A stretch of 64,000 nt of DNA, taken from NCBI RefSeq assembly GCF_001677475.2, contig NZ_CP015229.1; one strand, given 5' to 3'. Under the pieces are notes generated by a model that was given only the letters and a program-made list of their open reading frames with translations, was not told the DNA's origin and made no database searches. How positions within the stretch are numbered: position 1 is the stretch's first letter; each line of letters starts with the position of its first letter. Of this stretch, positions 1-8,768 are shown one piece after another. The position numbers and the translations under genes were made by a program. The DNA comes from Escherichia coli (GTDB taxonomy: Bacteria > Pseudomonadota > Gammaproteobacteria > Enterobacterales > Enterobacteriaceae).

Positions 1-200
1 ACCACAAATCCCGAACAGTCCACACCGCGCCGCGTCATGCCACCATAACGATACGGCGTGCCATGCCAGCTCTGTAGCTGGTCGTTCAAACCGGCAATAA
101 CGGTAATCGAATCAGAAAGTCTGGCATTTGGCGGCGGTGCTTTATGGTGGCTACACCCGGCCAGAAACAGTGCTGTGATCAAAATAAGGCAGAAACGCAT
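1..200 (-). CDS. nlpC: NlpC/P60-family lipoprotein, N-terminal 66 codons (gene runs off window start)
   Basis: Minus-strand ATG at 200; translation MRFCLILITALFLAGCSHHK... has a lipobox (LAGC); position downstream of btuD as in E. coli. Confidence 0.8.
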   Translation of the reverse strand, partial: MRFCLILITALFLAGCSHHKAPPPNARLSDSITVIAGLNDQLQSWHGTPYRYGGMTRRGVDCSGFV

Positions 201-277
201 TCCGTACGGTTCCTCTGTTTTTTATTCTTGCATTAATTTAGCGTCGTAATTACCCGATTTTCAAGATACTAATGAAA

Positions 278-1027
278 TCAGATGGTCGAAATCAGCATTC
301 TGTGACCTTCGATATCCAGACGGCGAAAATTCATCCCATAGGCCTGCGCCAGATTTGGCGGCGTGAGCACCTCTTCTCTGCGTCCACTGGCCAGCATTTT
401 TCCACCTTTTAGCAACCACGCCCGATGCGCATGACGCAATGTGTGGTTGAGATCGTGACTGCTCATCACAATCGCCAGTCCTTGCTGACACAGCGCGCTC
501 AGAATTTTGTCTAACGCACTTTGTTGCGCAACATCAAGACTGTTCATCGGCTCATCAAGAAGCAGCAATTGGCCTGCGGGATTGGCTTGTGGTGTGATTT
601 GCAGCACCACCGCAGCAAGACGTACGCGTTGCCATTCACCGCCGGAAAGTTGATTGGTGCTACGTCCGAGTTTGTCATCAAGAGCCAGCGCCCCTGCGAC
701 ATCATTCAGTAGTTCGGTACGCGTTTTATCGTGCTGATGCAATGTCAGGTAGTGCCAGACCGGCATTGCAAACGGCGGCGTCTGCTGTTGTGAAAGATAG
801 GCGCGATGCAGCGCGAGTTTTGTTGCGGACCATGCTTCCAGTGGTTGCCCCGCGAACTGAATGCTTCCCTTACCGCTGGTCATTCCGGCCATTCGCGCCA
901 GTAAGGTACTCTTACCCGCGCCATTCGGCCCCACCAGGTGCAGGATCTCCCCAGCCCGAACCTCGCCAGAAAGCGGCCCCAGGCGGGTAGATTCCGCAAC
1001 ATCCTGTAACTGCATCACAATAGACAT
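278..1027 (-). CDS. btuD: vitamin B12 ABC transporter ATP-binding protein
   Basis: 249-aa ORF with Walker [10 protein letters not shown] and ABC signature LSGGE; btuCED synteny. Confidence 0.95.
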
Positions 1028-1578
1028 TATTTTGCCAACGCCAGTTTAATGCTTTCCATCACAATGGGATCTTCCGGCGTCATATCCGGGGAAAAACGCT
1101 GGATGACCAATCCGTCCCTGCCAACTAAAAATTTCTCAAAATTCCATAAAATATCATCAGGGTACAGCGGTGCACGACCTTTGCTGACCATACGGGCATA
1201 GAATCCGCTCTCTTCCGGCGCGACTGCGGTCGGCGCTGCGGCAATCAATTTTTGATACAGCGGATGGCGTCCTTCGCCATTAACTTCAATCTTACTGAAC
1301 ATCGGAAACGTCACCCCCCATGTGGTGGTACAGTAAGTTTTAATCTCTTCATCGCTGCCCGGTTCTTGTTCCAGAAACTGGTTGCACGGGAATCCCAGCA
1401 CCACAAAACCACGATCGGCCCAGGCTTTCTGAATATTCTCCAACTGCTCATATTGCGGCGTTAAGCCACACTTTGAGGCGACATTGACAATCAACAGCAC
1501 ATTACCAGCGTACTTCTCCAGCGTGGTCACTTCACCGTCGATATCTTTCACTACGGTCGTCAGAATGGAATCTTGCAT
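1027..1578 (-). CDS. btuE: glutathione peroxidase-like thioredoxin peroxidase
   Basis: 183-aa ORF, GPx-family sequence, overlaps btuD start (operon). Confidence 0.95.
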
Positions 1579-1640
1579 CGTTTCTCCTGGGTGTGGTCAG
1601 TAAAAATCTTAGCTTTTAATCATAGACCGTCTTTTTGCGG

Positions 1641-2621
1641 CTAACGTCCTGCTTTTAACAATAACCAGATAAACACCGGCGCACCTAACGTTGCGGTGAC
1701 CACGCCAATAGGCAGCTCTGCGGCAGCTAATGCCAGGCGCGCTACAACATCGGCCAGCAGCAATGCGCTCGCCCCTGCCAGCGCGCAGCCTGGAAGTAAT
1801 ACGCGATGATCGGTTAAACCACACAGCCGGAGAATATGTGGGATCACCAGACCAATAAAGCCGATAGCACCCGCCAGCGCCACACTGACGCCAACCATCC
1901 AGCCGGTCACTGCGACCAACACATTGCGCCAGAACCACAGGGGTAAACCCAGTTGCCGCGCCGAGATCTCGCCAAGTGCTAACATATTCATCGGCCTGGA
2001 CTGACAACAGATCCACAACAACACGGGGATCAATGCCAGCATCAGCCAGCTTTGCCGCCAGTCTACGCCGCCAAAACCGCCCATCATCCAGTACATCAGC
2101 TGACGCAAATCAACAGAGGTGGAAAAGTAGATAGCCCACGTCATTAGTGCGCTACAGATAATCCCTAATGCAACGCCAGCCAGCAATAACCGACTGGTCG
2201 AAAGATGACGACGGGCGAAACGTAAGAGTATTAAAGTGATGATAAGCGCGCCAGCAATCGCACACAGCCCCAGCGCCCAGTTGGGGAGTTGCCCTTGCCC
2301 AAGCAATACCGCGGCGATAAGCCCCACGCCTGCGCCATTAGAGACGCCAAGTAGTCCAGGTTCTGCCAGAGGATTTTCAAACAACGCCTGCATTACTGCG
2401 CCGGATATAGCCAGCGCCGCACCAACCAGCAATACAGCCAGCGTACGTGGCAGGCGAATTTGCCAGACGAACAGTTCGCCACGAGGAGTAAACCAGTCAC
2501 CTGGCGAGATCCATTGTTCACCGGCGCAAAGGCTTAAGAGAAGCGCCAGCAGCATCAAAACTGACAGGCATAATAACCAGCGAATATTTTGTCGCTGTTG
2601 TTGGCGGGCAAGTGTCAGCAT
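1641..2621 (-). CDS. btuC: vitamin B12 ABC transporter permease
   Basis: 326-aa polytopic membrane ORF; FecCD-type permease; synteny. Confidence 0.95.
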   Translation of the reverse strand: MLTLARQQQRQNIRWLLCLSVLMLLALLLSLCAGEQWISPGDWFTPRGELFVWQIRLPRTLAVLLVGAALAISGAVMQALFENPLAEPGLLGVSNGAGVGLIAAVLLGQGQLPNWALGLCAIAGALIITLILLRFARRHLSTSRLLLAGVALGIICSALMTWAIYFSTSVDLRQLMYWMMGGFGGVDWRQSWLMLALIPVLLWICCQSRPMNMLALGEISARQLGLPLWFWRNVLVAVTGWMVGVSVALAGAIGFIGLVIPHILRLCGLTDHRVLLPGCALAGASALLLADVVARLALAAAELPIGVVTATLGAPVFIWLLLKAGR

Positions 2622-2679
2622 GGTATCCGTTCTGCTGAAGTGTCATGGCGTTGATTTTACGGTGACTCTTCGACAGTGA

Positions 2680-2704
2680 AAAGAAAAAAGGCCGCAGAGC
2701 GGCC
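2680..2704. repeat. attL core: 25-bp direct repeat aaagaaaaaaggccgcagagcggcc (copy of the ihfA terminator stem)
   Basis: Exact 25-bp identity with 39479-39503. Confidence 0.85.
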
Positions 2705-2793
2705 ATAAACACAAACAAAAATCAATAAGTTAGATAATTATCAAAGACTTACAGACACACAAAAACACAGCAAACCACAACAAATAACATAGA

Positions 2794-2813
2794 TGTGGTC
2801 AATTTGTGGATCA
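2794..2813. promoter_or_regulatory. putative integrase arm-type binding sites (tgtggtca / tgtggatca direct repeats)
   Basis: TGTGGNCA-like repeats adjacent to att core, matching tgtggaca near attR (39423-39430). Confidence 0.4.
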
Positions 2814-3344
2814 TCATCCAACAAATTTAGCAACAAATACAGCAACCGCCGCCGTGAAAATGGTTGTGCATACTGGCACAATAATGCCACTCCAACGCCA
2901 CTTCGTATTATCATCAACCTTGTCAAACCGCCGATTCATCTCATCCATAATCTTGTCAAAGCGTTTATCCATCGCTTCGGTAAGCTCACCCTTCAGGCTG
3001 TTAATGTCTGATTTGAGCTGCTCTTTCAGGTTAGCTGTATCAGATTTAAGCTCACCTTTCAGATTCGCAATATCGCATTTAAGATCACCTTTCAGATTCG
3101 CAATGTCTGCTTTGAGCTCACCTTTAACCTCACCAACATCGGCTTTGGTTGAGAGGTTTGTAGTGCGTTCAGCAAGCGTCGCAAGGTCGTTTCTTGTTAG
3201 CGATAAATCACCTTCGAGCCGCTCAATTCGCCTTTCAAGTTTATCTGACATTCCGCCTCCACTATCACCGCCTCCCCCACCGAAAGAGTTGCCAATGTCC
3301 TCACGAATAAGGGTTATGCCATGCTCACTTTTAGCATATGCCAC
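2814..3344 (-). CDS. hypothetical tail-anchored membrane protein with Gly-rich linker and five 11-residue coiled-coil repeats (prophage cargo)
   Basis: 176-aa ORF; repeats KADIANLKGDL/KCDIANLKGEL...; C-terminal hydrophobic helix IIVPVCTTIFTAAVAVFVAKFV; start abuts stop of upstream ORF. Confidence 0.6.
   Translation of the reverse strand: MAYAKSEHGITLIREDIGNSFGGGGGDSGGGMSDKLERRIERLEGDLSLTRNDLATLAERTTNLSTKADVGEVKGELKADIANLKGDLKCDIANLKGELKSDTANLKEQLKSDINSLKGELTEAMDKRFDKIMDEMNRRFDKVDDNTKWRWSGIIVPVCTTIFTAAVAVFVAKFVG
3000..3135. repeat. tandem ~33-bp coding repeats (about 4 copies) inside the cargo membrane-protein gene
   Basis: Repeated ...agctcacctttcagattcgcaat... units visible in the sequence. 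Confidence 0.7.
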
Positions 3345-3758
3345 TCAGATTCCCTCCCAAACTATATATCCTTTGTCTCTTGCCCAACAAACAACTGTGT
3401 GGGCTGTATATGTGGATGTGAAGCCGCAATAAGAACATGACACTTCATACCGAGTATTGTAGATGTTAATGGGCTCGTTCTCCTTGTGTATGGGAGTGAC
3501 ATATTCCCAATCATTTGAATCATCATAATCATCAAGTTCAGGGTCTGTGCCGTGAACAACCGTATGTGGAATAAACAAATCTAGGCGCCCACACGAGAGA
3601 CAAGAGGTTCTGGCTCCTCTATCTTTAAGGAATTGAATAAATAATTTGGGCGAAATCTGTTGCAGAACCTGCAAATGCCCACGTTCATTATCATTAAGAG
3701 ACCTGTCTGCATATGGAAAATCATCAAATTTAAGAGGCTTCATATAAGGCATCTCCAA
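3345..3758 (-). CDS. hypothetical Cys-rich protein (two CxxC motifs, possible zinc ribbon), prophage cargo
   Basis: 137-aa ORF immediately downstream of int, overlapping the int 3' end and followed without gap by the 176-aa ORF; start may be an internal Met (about 3743). Confidence 0.55.
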   Translation of the reverse strand: MEMPYMKPLKFDDFPYADRSLNDNERGHLQVLQQISPKLFIQFLKDRGARTSCLSCGRLDLFIPHTVVHGTDPELDDYDDSNDWEYVTPIHKENEPINIYNTRYEVSCSYCGFTSTYTAHTVVCWARDKGYIVWEGI

Positions 3759-4722
3759 GGGGATTAAATCTCACCGCATCCTGCAGGTAATCCGGCGCAA
3801 GATGGGCATAAATCATCGTTGTCTGAATCTTTGCGTGCCCCAGAATTTTCTGGAGCGTCAGAATATTGCCGCCGTTCATCATGAAATGACTGGCGAAGGT
3901 GTGGCGCAGCGCATGAACAGCCTGGCCGTCAGGAACATCAGGTGCGACCGTTTTGATGACATCGCGAACCAATGGATAATCCAGCGTCGGAAACACCAGT
4001 TTCCCGCCCCGTTTTTTGATCTTTTCAAACAGGCTTTCAGAAATAGGAACGGTACGGTTTTTGCTGTTCTTCGTTTTTGAAAAAGTGATTCGACAATGAA
4101 GAACACGGCGCTGCTCCAGTGCCGCTACCTCGCCCCATCGCGCCCCGGTCGACAGAAGGATTTCGACAGCCAGCCGTTCATCGGGATTTTCAGCCAGTGC
4201 ATCCAGCAACTGAACACATTCAGACTTACTCAGATATCCCATTTCGCGCTCGTTAACCTTCATTCCTTTAAGGCCTTGAACGGGGTTATCGTTAAGAAAA
4301 TGGCCGGATGAGATGAGTGCGGTAAACATCGCGCTTAACGCCCCAATCTCTCGATTTATGGTGCTGGGCTGTATCCCCTGCTCTATCCTGGACACACGTA
4401 GCTCGGTGAGCATCGTTGTATTAAGTTTATGCACGCACGGGTCATCCATTGCCTCACTCAAGCGCAGCAATTTAAGGCGCGTGTTATGCCCTGACTTCAT
4501 TAGCTGGCCGTGGTATTTCCACCACAAGTCAATAAGCACCGACAGCGGACGGCGATCAATGGAGTTTCCTTTCCACTCATTGTTATGCTGTTGCGCCAGC
4601 ACCCACCGCTCATATAAAACTGCATCCGATTTCGTTTTAAATTTTTTGCGAATGCGTTTGCCTTTACGCCCCTCCGGGCGCATGTCAAGAAGATACCCTC
4701 CCGGAATTGATTTTATGCTCAT
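3730..4722 (-). CDS. int: tyrosine integrase, P2 Int-like
   Basis: N-terminus MSIKSIPGGYLLDMRPEGRKGKRIRKKF... resembles P2 Int; C-terminal HxxR...Y catalytic region (HALRHTFASH...MIYAHL); start chosen at Met 51 of the longer ORF. Confidence 0.9.
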   Translation of the reverse strand: MSIKSIPGGYLLDMRPEGRKGKRIRKKFKTKSDAVLYERWVLAQQHNNEWKGNSIDRRPLSVLIDLWWKYHGQLMKSGHNTRLKLLRLSEAMDDPCVHKLNTTMLTELRVSRIEQGIQPSTINREIGALSAMFTALISSGHFLNDNPVQGLKGMKVNEREMGYLSKSECVQLLDALAENPDERLAVEILLSTGARWGEVAALEQRRVLHCRITFSKTKNSKNRTVPISESLFEKIKKRGGKLVFPTLDYPLVRDVIKTVAPDVPDGQAVHALRHTFASHFMMNGGNILTLQKILGHAKIQTTMIYAHLAPDYLQDAVRFNPLGDALYEAS

Positions 4723-4771
4723 TCGTGAAACCCCAGCGTTACAAGACCACCATGCCCCCAGCGCTCCATGA

Positions 4772-5083
4772 TTAGCCGGGCTGTGTGCCAGTCTTGCGGG
4801 GTTTTTGAGAAGGCGATGTGCTTTTTGGCCCATCAGGGGAGAGAGACGGACTGATCTGCCCAGCAGCCTCATTTGTTTCGTTACTCATCAACCACGTGGT
4901 GTATTTTTTAAAGTTCGGATGCATTGTGATTTTCAGTAAAACCTCCGTCCCCACACCTCTAATACCAGTCTCATATTGCTTAACTGTACCAACCGCAATA
5001 CCTATTGAATCCGCGAACTTTGCCTGGCTAAGTCCCTCAGATTCTCGAATTGCTTTTAGCTTCTTTGATATCTCTATTGACAT
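4772..5083 (-). CDS. C: immunity repressor, P2 C-like (HTH)
   Basis: 103-aa ORF upstream of int, divergent from cox; HTH and C-terminal tail resemble P2 C. Confidence 0.8.
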   Translation of the reverse strand: MSIEISKKLKAIRESEGLSQAKFADSIGIAVGTVKQYETGIRGVGTEVLLKITMHPNFKKYTTWLMSNETNEAAGQISPSLSPDGPKSTSPSQKPRKTGTQPG

Positions 5084-5178
5084 GGTGTGCACCTGAATAC
5101 TATATTGGTTATCAGTTGAGTACCACTTGACGCCACAAAAAGCCACAAATAGCACCAGATTGAATAGGTTATCACATC
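5084..5178. promoter_or_regulatory. lysis-lysogeny switch region (divergent Pc/Pe promoters and operator repeats)
   Basis: 95-bp gap between divergent C and cox; ggttatca direct repeats and a TTGACG -35-like hexamer. Confidence 0.5.
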
Positions 5179-5457
5179 ATGGCAAAAGTCCTGAACACAT
5201 ACGAACAAGCGGATTTTGAGCGTTTGGCGGCGTTCTACCCATACCGTGATGAGCATGGGTTACCTGTGCTTGAAGAAAGCCTGGAAGATTACGCGAAACG
5301 CACGAATCAAAGCATTCTTGCGGTAAGAAGGCAGGCCGACAGATCAGTAATCCCCGTCACCCAAGAAGGAAGAAACACAAAACGCAAAGTAAACCTTTTC
5401 GCAATATTCCTGAAAACCATCAGGAGCGCAGAGAAATACGTGCAGATGACAAAATAA
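5179..5457 (+). CDS. cox: Cox/Apl-like excisionase and transcriptional regulator
   Basis: 92-aa first gene of the early operon, divergent from C; size and position as P2 Cox. Confidence 0.7.
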   Translation: MAKVLNTYEQADFERLAAFYPYRDEHGLPVLEESLEDYAKRTNQSILAVRRQADRSVIPVTQEGRNTKRKVNLFAIFLKTIRSAEKYVQMTK

Positions 5458-5471
5458 CGAGGTGTAATTTT

Positions 5472-5810
5472 ATGCTGAAGCAACGCCATAATTTTCGTAC
5501 CGGAACGGAACGCCACGCTAACCGTTTCGCTACCAGTGCATCACGTAGTAACTCCCGCTACAGCCTGAGCGAAACACACGCTACACCTGATGGCCATCCC
5601 GTAAAACAAATTGGTGAACACACCTGGCTGATTGAGAAAGCTGGAATCGTGGTTCACAGATGCCAACGCAACCCATTTACCGGAAACCGCATTTTTGCTC
5701 TGAGCAACGGCGACACTCAGTTTGGACAGGATTTCACATTGTACGAAGCACTTCGCACGGTTGATCGTCTGCTTCGCGGGCAAAGTTTTATTAAACAGAC
5801 TGATTTATAA
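5472..5810 (+). CDS. hypothetical early protein
   Basis: 112-aa ORF in early operon. Confidence 0.5.
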   Translation: MLKQRHNFRTGTERHANRFATSASRSNSRYSLSETHATPDGHPVKQIGEHTWLIEKAGIVVHRCQRNPFTGNRIFALSNGDTQFGQDFTLYEALRTVDRLLRGQSFIKQTDL

Positions 5811-5820
5811 CAGGTGCGTT

Positions 5821-6099
5821 ATGACCAAAGAGCATGCACAAGGTGTATTTATCCGTTTTATTGATTTTCGCGGTGAACTGTTATTGCGCGCATCAGCTAT
5901 TGATGGAGTTGTCCCATCAGAAAAAAATGCAGCTACTTACGTTTATCTGAACGGCACGCGCCTGACCGTAGAACTTCCGTACCAGACTGTACACGGAATC
6001 ATTAGCGAAGCTGAAAAGGCACGTCAGGTTAATGGCAATGAACCCTATATCGAAATTATTTGCATGGATTCAGAAGCTGAAATCCAGAAAGCAGATTAA
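5821..6099 (+). CDS. hypothetical early protein
   Basis: 92-aa ORF with aggtg RBS upstream of ATG 5821. Confidence 0.5.
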   Translation: MTKEHAQGVFIRFIDFRGELLLRASAIDGVVPSEKNAATYVYLNGTRLTVELPYQTVHGIISEAEKARQVNGNEPYIEIICMDSEAEIQKAD

Positions 6100-6110
6100 A
6101 GGGTGTTGCA

Positions 6111-6353
6111 ATGGACAAAGAATATAAAACACTCATCAACAAAGCACTTGAGCGTTTTTATTTTCGCTTAAGCGCATCAGGCGTTCATGCTGAACGTGCA
6201 GCCCGTGACTCATTGACCAGGGCAATCCGGAGTCTGTATGACGTGGCTTTTTACGCTGATGATCTGGATGCACTTAACGAACTTTCCGAGCTGATCTGTG
6301 CCGCAGAATGCGGAGAACATATTGAACCGTATAAGCTGGGGAATATCGCATGA
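6111..6353 (+). CDS. hypothetical early protein
   Basis: 80-aa ORF, tightly spaced in early operon. Confidence 0.5.
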   Translation: MDKEYKTLINKALERFYFRLSASGVHAERAARDSLTRAIRSLYDVAFYADDLDALNELSELICAAECGEHIEPYKLGNIA

Positions 6354-6467
6354 GTATATTTATCTCATGGCTTGTTCTGATTATTTCGGTGGCCTGCGCC
6401 ATTGGGATTATGCGAATTATTAATTCAGTGAAAAAGATCGAGCGTTTTTTCTCTGATGAATAACGAT
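6351..6467 (+). CDS. possible small membrane peptide (38 aa, MSIFISWLVLIISVACAIGIMRII...)
   Basis: Short ORF overlapping the previous stop (ATGA); single hydrophobic helix; below the ORF-track size cut-off. Confidence 0.35.
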
Positions 6468-6556
6468 ACAAATAAAACATCAAATTAAATAAGAAAACGT
6501 GAAAACCATCCGTATTAACGGAGGTATTCGCACACGCAAATAACGGAGATACAAAA

Positions 6557-6967
6557 ATGCACGCAAAAGAAGAAGGTATCATCAGAGCACTGAAAGAAAT
6601 TTCAAAGATGGAAAGCGAAGTAGCGAAAAAAGCCGTGGCCAATGCTCACATGGACGTCGCAACCCACACAATGATAGTCGCAAAAGTCACGGCAGAAGCT
6701 GCCAAAATCATCGAAGAACAGGGTGTGGAACTTGCGCTTCTCAAAACTAAACCAGTCACCGGACTGGATTTATCTGACACCGGACGCCTTATTTACACTA
6801 TTGGCTCGGAGTCACAGCGATACACCATTATCGCCGGATTACAGAACAAATACCTGATCACTCCTCATCCCATAAGGGAATCAGCGCTTCTGACAAATCT
6901 CCGCCTGATAGAGCGCTCTCAAGTTGCATTCATTGATGACGCCCGACACACCGTATTTAACGCATAG
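6557..6967 (+). CDS. hypothetical early protein
   Basis: 136-aa ORF preceded by an AT-rich spacer and a ggag RBS. Confidence 0.5.
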   Translation: MHAKEEGIIRALKEISKMESEVAKKAVANAHMDVATHTMIVAKVTAEAAKIIEEQGVELALLKTKPVTGLDLSDTGRLIYTIGSESQRYTIIAGLQNKYLITPHPIRESALLTNLRLIERSQVAFIDDARHTVFNA

Positions 6968-6990
6968 GGTTACTGGACAAAGGGGGTGCA

Positions 6991-7194
6991 ATGGCAATTA
7001 AGCATTTTCCCGTCGTTCGCTTTACCTCCAGAGGGCGCGAATACGAGGTCGACGAACGCCTGATTACCACTATCGACAAACATCGTTCGGAAAAGGATGC
7101 ACACCACATCTACCTCACTGACGGTACTTACTTCTGCGCCACCAACGTGGCGCGGGTGAATCTTATCCGACAGGTACAGGAGCCACGCAGATGA
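6991..7194 (+). CDS. hypothetical early protein
   Basis: 67-aa ORF, overlaps next start. Confidence 0.45.
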   Translation: MAIKHFPVVRFTSRGREYEVDERLITTIDKHRSEKDAHHIYLTDGTYFCATNVARVNLIRQVQEPRR

Positions 7195-7457
7195 CCATTC
7201 TGGACTACATCGCTACTCATCCGGGTTGTAGCGGCGGAGAGATCGCCGCAGCACTGAATACTCCAACCACAGCCATTAATGCTGAGTTACGCCAACTTTG
7301 GCGCGGCGGCTTAGTCATCAGAACAAACCGCAGCACAGGTGGTCGCGCTCGCAAAACTGGAGGCCAGGCTTCTTACCACGTAAACCCGATGCCGTTCGGG
7401 TGCGGCAATCCACTTACCAACATGTTTAACCAGCTACTGAAGGAAGCCAGAACATGA
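7191..7457 (+). CDS. hypothetical early protein, possible winged-helix DNA-binding fold
   Basis: 88-aa ORF, ATGA-coupled to neighbours. Confidence 0.5.
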   Translation: MTILDYIATHPGCSGGEIAAALNTPTTAINAELRQLWRGGLVIRTNRSTGGRARKTGGQASYHVNPMPFGCGNPLTNMFNQLLKEART

Positions 7458-7753
7458 GCACCATCAACCACCAGAAGCTACGCGAACTGGCATTTTCCCT
7501 GCAACGAATGGCAACGCCTCAAAAATTACTGGCGTTTCGCGCAATGCTCTCGCCGTCTGCTGTGCTGGCACTGCTGGATGAGCAGGAGCACGCCAGAACC
7601 ACGGCTCCTGCCATTCGCCTGACACTCCATCATGAAATTGCTGATTTCTGCGCGACGCTGGAGGCACCAGGCGAACCGGAAACGCCGGAAGCAATACAGC
7701 AAGAGCTGCTGCAACGCATTGACAAGGTTTTTGATTTTTTTCTGAACCACTAA
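7454..7753 (+). CDS. hypothetical early protein
   Basis: 99-aa ORF, ATGA-coupled. Confidence 0.5.
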   Translation: MSTINHQKLRELAFSLQRMATPQKLLAFRAMLSPSAVLALLDEQEHARTTAPAIRLTLHHEIADFCATLEAPGEPETPEAIQQELLQRIDKVFDFFLNH

Positions 7754-7875
7754 GAAACCAGAACATGCACACACAAAAAAACCGCTTGCCATGCCGCAAT
7801 CAGTCAGGTTACATTTCCGCTGCACCTCATAAAACGGGTGCCGGGTTTCGCAGCCTGCTAACTACACAAGCGCAC

Positions 7876-7897
7876 AACCGCGCCAGCGGTTTTTTTG
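7876..7897 (+). terminator. putative intrinsic terminator (accgc-gcca-gcggt stem followed by a T run)
   Basis: GC hairpin followed by tttttttg on the plus strand, within the 7754-8075 non-coding gap. Confidence 0.5.
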
Positions 7898-8075
7898 TGC
7901 GTACTGTATTGCCACGTTTTTTTCGCGCCAGAATTATGGCGGGGCGTACGGGGCCGACTTCGGTCGGGCCGGGTTCTTGTGTAGCCGGTACTGCGAACCT
8001 CGTACGTCTCGCCACCCACAGTTTCGCAGCTCTGGATGGTAAGTTTTCACAACTTACTACACAAGAGGCCACACC

Positions 8076-8306
8076 ATGGCAAACCGCAAACAACAGCGCG
8101 CATACGCTGCGCGTCGTCACATCCAGACTGAAATCAACCGCAGACTTTCCCGCGCATTCCGCGTCACTAAAATCATGCACATCAATATGCTGCATGAGCG
8201 TAGCTGCGAACTTTCAAACCTCTATTCATCCGCTGTTTTCAGCTATCTGGCGGATGATCTGCGCGAGCTTCAGCAGCTCATCCAGCAGCAAAACAAACTC
8301 CATTAA
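8076..8306 (+). CDS. hypothetical protein
   Basis: 76-aa basic ORF after the structured gap. Confidence 0.45.
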   Translation: MANRKQQRAYAARRHIQTEINRRLSRAFRVTKIMHINMLHERSCELSNLYSSAVFSYLADDLRELQQLIQQQNKLH

Positions 8307-8378
8307 TTCCTGTTCCGGGCCTTTCCTGCACCTTGCGGCGGGAGGCCTTCGCACATCTGTAGTAAAGAGAATTGCAGC

Positions 8379-8768
8379 ATGATTGACGCTCATGACTTCA
8401 CAAGATGGGTGCGCACACAGGACACCCGTCTGGCTCCCGTTCTTCAGGGATTATTTGATCTTTACATCCGTGGTCGTGACAACAGAGCACGCACTACAAA
8501 ACCGGAGAATGCGGACACCCTTTATTTCACAGTAGACGACTGCTACCGCGTGGACTTCACACCACACGGGCTGGCGTTGCACTGCCTGACACCACACGGC
8601 GAATCACTGCTGGCGTATTACGACTCCCCGGCCTCCGTATTTGCGGCAATGCTGGCGCATCGCACTGCTGGCGGGTGTGCCTCGCTGAGTGAATACACCG
8701 CTGAATTTAACCGCCTTTCCGCCATCTTCTCGCAGGAGTGGCAGCGCGTGACGGGATACCAGCCATGA
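8379..8768 (+). CDS. hypothetical protein; stop overlaps start of gene A
   Basis: 129-aa ORF; ATGA overlap at 8765-8768. Confidence 0.5.
   Translation: MIDAHDFTRWVRTQDTRLAPVLQGLFDLYIRGRDNRARTTKPENADTLYFTVDDCYRVDFTPHGLALHCLTPHGESLLAYYDSPASVFAAMLAHRTAGGCASLSEYTAEFNRLSAIFSQEWQRVTGYQP

Noticed and set aside
3000-3135. Possible CRISPR array suggested by the tandem repeats
   Set aside because: Repeats are contiguous 33-bp in-frame coding units without spacers, inside an ORF; not CRISPR.
2806-3432. 208-aa plus-strand ORF overlapping the int-proximal cassette
   Set aside because: Ser/Leu-rich mirror of the repeat region on the opposite strand; the minus-strand genes have coherent operon structure with int.
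8738-8764. Upstream ATG (8738) as start of gene A
   Set aside because: It overlaps the preceding ORF by 30 nt; ATG 8765 forms an ATGA stop-start overlap typical of translational coupling, so it was chosen as the start.
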